In this document: positions 29,145 through 32,000 of the stretch, piece after piece
Layout: each line of letters starts with the position of its first letter
Numbering within the stretch: the first letter of the stretch is position 1
Assembly (NCBI RefSeq): GCF_000619845.1
Contig: NZ_JHUX01000004.1
Coordinates: 240,001-272,000 of the forward strand
Length of the DNA stretch: 32,000 nt
Source: Alkanindiges illinoisensis DSM 15370
GTDB taxonomy: Bacteria; Pseudomonadota; Gammaproteobacteria; Pseudomonadales; Moraxellaceae
Reading direction: 5' to 3'
Translations under genes and position numbers: made by a program
Notes under the pieces: model-generated
Database searches by the model: none
What the model was told of the DNA's origin: nothing
What the model saw: the letters and a program-made list of their open reading frames with translations, nothing else

Positions 29145-29430
29145 AACAGTCCAGTGCAAAACAGGCCTACCCTAGCAAAAAATAACGGGTTTATGTTGTC
29201 AAAACAGGCCAATTCTTGCGTTTCAATACCAGACAATCAGATCAATTGGCCTCACAATTCATTTTTTCATGGTCGGCAAAAAACCATCATACTATACTGA
29301 CACATGCATTTTTCTGTATCCTGACGCATCTGTTTGACTGTTAAAGTTAACTGACTTTTGTCGGGAATTTTAAAAACAGACGACTGCTTTGCGGCTTTTT
29401 CACTTGCTTTAAAGTACTTCTTTTATTGTT

Positions 29431-29937
29431 ATGCTGCACATCCGAACCGCCACGCTCCATGATTTGCCATTAATTTCTAGTATTCAGGCCGCCTGTTATG
29501 CTGCTGAGTTTATAGAAAATAACATTGCGTTTGCCAGTAAACTGCAACAGGCAGCCCATACTTGCTGGCTAGCCTGCGTGGATCAAAAGGTGGTGGCTTA
29601 TCTGATTTGCCTGCCAGTCAGTCCAGCTACTTTTCCGCAGCTAAATGCTACTGAATTTTGCCTTACACCAGATGCCACTATGCTGTATTTGCATGACCTG
29701 GCAGTTCATCCCGATTACCGCACCAGTGGAGCCGGACGTCAGCTGGTGCAACATGCCAAGATGCAAGCTCGGCAAATGGGCTTTAACACCTTAAGCCTGA
29801 TTGCCGTGCAGGATTCCAGCTCCTACTGGCAAAAACATGGCTTTGCAATCATTGATCCAGCCAGCCTCAATTTGCAGTATAAAGTGGCCAGTTTTGGACA
29901 GGATGCCTGTCTGATGCAGCAGGTTTTAGCCGATTGA
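29431..29937 (+). CDS. GNAT family N-acetyltransferase
   Basis: The acetyl-CoA binding motif A region is LHDLAVHPDYRTSGAGRQLVQHA. 168 aa. There is no obvious RBS, so the start is uncertain. Confidence 0.7.
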   Translation: MLHIRTATLHDLPLISSIQAACYAAEFIENNIAFASKLQQAAHTCWLACVDQKVVAYLICLPVSPATFPQLNATEFCLTPDATMLYLHDLAVHPDYRTSGAGRQLVQHAKMQARQMGFNTLSLIAVQDSSSYWQKHGFAIIDPASLNLQYKVASFGQDACLMQQVLAD

Positions 29938-29952
29938 TGAGCCTGTAAAAGC

Positions 29953-29993
29953 AAAAAAGCCTGCGCTAGTTAATAGTTAGTCACAGGCTTTTT
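29953..29993. terminator. Probable bidirectional terminator between the GNAT and glycine-zipper genes
   Basis: AAAAAGCCTG (29954-29963) pairs with CAGGCTTTTT (29984-29993). The 20-nt loop is long, so confidence is moderate. Confidence 0.5.
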
Positions 29994-30024
29994 AAGCTTT
30001 AGTACAATAATGTGCTAAAGCATA

Positions 30025-30405
30025 TTAACGACGGTTTTGCTGGTATTCACTGGCCGCAGCACCGGCTGCGCCACCAACCGCAGCACCCACGGCTGCACCA
30101 CTGGCACCACCATGACGCTCACCAACAATGGCACCAACCGCACTACCGATTGCACCAGCCACGCTGGTTTGAGTGCTGGCACCCGTTGCATTGGTGCCAA
30201 GGCCTGTACCTGCTGCTGCACCAATTGCACTACCGGTACGACCACCGGCTTTTTGTCCAACCGCTGCACCAGCCGCACCAGCCGCAGCCGCAGCCGCTAC
30301 CCGATTCTGGCTTGGCGTTGCTGTTGCACAGGCACCCACCAGTAATGCACCAGCCAGTGTAGAACTTGCCAGCAATGCTTTGGTCATTTTGAAATTAATA
30401 GTCAT
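30025..30405 (-). CDS. Glycine-zipper outer membrane lipoprotein (17-kDa antigen/SlyB-like)
   Basis: Strong RBS (AGGAGttaaatATG) and lipobox LLVGAC. The Gly/Ala-rich GxxxG zipper includes VAGAIGSAVGAIVGERHGGASGAAVGAAVGGAAGAAA. Confidence 0.7.
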   Translation of the reverse strand: MTINFKMTKALLASSTLAGALLVGACATATPSQNRVAAAAAAGAAGAAVGQKAGGRTGSAIGAAAGTGLGTNATGASTQTSVAGAIGSAVGAIVGERHGGASGAAVGAAVGGAAGAAASEYQQNRR

Positions 30406-30642
30406 ATTTAACTCCTGCGTGTTATTGCCTCACAATTCGGCCACACGCCCATCAATTGAATTTTGTGTTGTAAGCGTAGGCTACTCCAAAGCTTTTTAGT
30501 TTTACGTAGTGCGTTATAAAGCAAATTAATAGAGTTTTGTATATTTGGTAAATGTGCAATTTGCCCGTATTTCAATGTCCTACTGTTCCTTTTGGGTGCT
30601 GATTGCTTTTATGATAGCCCTCCATACACATGCTTAACCTGA

Positions 30643-31449
30643 ATGCTTATGACCAGACAATTTGCCGTGGTGGGTAATCCCATCGAACACTCGCGCTCAC
30701 CTGAGCTTCACCACGCATTTGCCAAGGCAACCGGCATTGACCTGAACTACAGCAGACGATTGGCACCACTGGATGGCTTTGCTGCCAATATCCAGGAATT
30801 TTTTAATCAGGGCGGTTCAGGCCTTAATGTCACGGTGCCCTTTAAGGAACAGGCCTATCAGTTGTGTGATGTGCTGACACCACGCGCACAAGTGGCCCGT
30901 GCGGTGAATACCCTGTGGCAGCAAAATGGCCAGTTGCATGGGGACAATACCGATGGACAGGGACTGGTTGATGCACTCAATGCACTGGGCTGGAAGCTGG
31001 AACAGGCAAACATTCTGATTCTGGGCGCCGGTGGAGCAACCCGTGGTGTGATGCTTCCACTGGCACAGGCCGGGGCAAGCCAGATTGTGGTGGCCAACCG
31101 CACCTTAAGCCGTGCCCAGCAATTGATTGACGACGTACAACCTTTTATCACTGGCACCAAATTATCAGCCATTAGTCTGGATCAGCTATCAGGCCAGTTT
31201 GACCTGATTATTAATGCCACCTCGGCCAGCTTAAGTGGTGAGTTGTTGTTGCTACCGCCAGAACTGCAATTTCAGCAGGCCTATGAGATGGCTTATGGCA
31301 AGCCATCCAGCTTTCTGGAACAGGCAGCCCAGCGTGGCGTGCCAACCAGCGATGGCTTTAGCATGCTGGTGGGACAGGCCATTGAAGCATTTTCGATCTG
31401 GAACGGCATCAAACCGCCCCTCAATGACTTTCTGTCATTGCAACATTGA
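30643..31449 (+). CDS. aroE: Shikimate dehydrogenase
   Basis: FAVVGNPIEHSRSPELH, NVTVPFKEQAY and the NADP-binding ILGAGGATRGV. The true start may be the second ATG at 30649 (MTRQFAVVGNP...). Confidence 0.9.
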   Translation: MLMTRQFAVVGNPIEHSRSPELHHAFAKATGIDLNYSRRLAPLDGFAANIQEFFNQGGSGLNVTVPFKEQAYQLCDVLTPRAQVARAVNTLWQQNGQLHGDNTDGQGLVDALNALGWKLEQANILILGAGGATRGVMLPLAQAGASQIVVANRTLSRAQQLIDDVQPFITGTKLSAISLDQLSGQFDLIINATSASLSGELLLLPPELQFQQAYEMAYGKPSSFLEQAAQRGVPTSDGFSMLVGQAIEAFSIWNGIKPPLNDFLSLQH

Positions 31450-31492
31450 GTGGCTATAAATCAGTGACTATAAATCCAGGTAACTGTAAACT

Positions 31493-32000
31493 TTACTCAG
31501 CACTGCCATGATCTGCTGAATCGTCTTCGCCAAAGCTTTTCAGCATGTCATCTGTTCCCAGTGATTTTTTGCTAAAAATACTGACCAGGCCACCCAACAG
31601 GGTGTCCTGCATATTGGCTTTTGCATCCACCCAGTTGCTGGCATTGGGTTTAAAGGCCACTTCTGCGCGCCCGTAGTTGGCAAAGTTCTGCTGATGGCTC
31701 AACTGCATGCTGAACTGCCCTTTGCTGCTGGGCTTAAATACCAGATCGTACAGTGCGCCAGACTCAATCATCCGGCCTTTGCTGTCCAGTAAAATTACCT
31801 GTTTTAAAGTAGAAGCCGGGTCAATTTTTTCCTCAACCATCTGCAAAATATGCTGATAGGTTTCCGGGTTTTGCGTCATCAACTGACTGGCTGCATCCGC
31901 ACTGATCAGTTGTAGCGGTTGCTGCTGGCTGGCAGGTTGCTGGTTATTGGCCTGATCAGTGTCTGCTGCCTTAGTTTTGATAATTTGCTTAAGGCTGTTC
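31493..32000 (-). CDS. Hypothetical protein, partial (5' end beyond the right edge)
   Basis: My manual translation shows the frame stays open upstream of the track start (TTG at 31882) to the window edge (...KTKAADTDQANNQQPASQQQPLQLISADAASQLMTQNPETY...). There is a Gln-rich segment and an acidic C-terminus. No family recognised. Confidence 0.45.
   Translation of the reverse strand, partial: NSLKQIIKTKAADTDQANNQQPASQQQPLQLISADAASQLMTQNPETYQHILQMVEEKIDPASTLKQVILLDSKGRMIESGALYDLVFKPSSKGQFSMQLSHQQNFANYGRAEVAFKPNASNWVDAKANMQDTLLGGLVSIFSKKSLGTDDMLKSFGEDDSADHGSAE

Noticed and set aside
30012-30499. Five overlapping ORFs of 87-126 aa on both strands, including a His/Gln-rich antisense ORF (30012-30362, +). 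This could suggest overprinted genes.
   Set aside because: The region is GC-rich, low-complexity GCN/GGN-periodic DNA encoding a Gly/Ala zipper, and such sequence stays open in several frames by composition alone. Only the minus-strand ORF 30025-30405 has a strong RBS (AGGAG), a lipobox signal peptide and a recognisable family.

Overview
The window looks like ordinary chromosomal sequence from a gammaproteobacterium. Gene content and protein sequences resemble Acinetobacter/Moraxellaceae, but that is inference only. I support about 28 protein-coding genes, mostly housekeeping. They include pgsA, a TesB-like thioesterase, uvrC, an LpxO-type hydroxylase, fadB-fadA, a DsbA/FrnE-like oxidoreductase and a FUSC/DUF1656/HlyD (AaeB/X/A-like) efflux operon. 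Also present are htpG with a near-consensus sigma32 promoter, a secreted PQQ-type beta-propeller next to a TonB-dependent receptor, an NhaC-family transporter, an epoxide-hydrolase-like alpha/beta hydrolase with a small HNH protein, two GNATs, a glycine-zipper lipoprotein and aroE. I recognised no rRNA, tRNA, CRISPR array, transposase, integrase or phage gene, and no clear defence or toxin-antitoxin system. Five things seem most worth a second look. (1) A visibly low-GC module after fadBA encodes a polytopic membrane protein fused to an SRPBCC-like domain plus an orphan lipoprotein. (2) Two perfect and one near-perfect DnaA boxes cluster upstream of htpG. (3) Three to four tandem 15-bp repeats lie in a repeat-dense divergent control region at 29.1-29.25 kb. 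(4) A 519-bp ORF-free leader precedes the propeller/receptor pair. (5) Several six-frame ORFs are over-extended at the 5' end, and promoter or RBS evidence corrects them. All functional calls come from motif recognition by eye; no searches were run.
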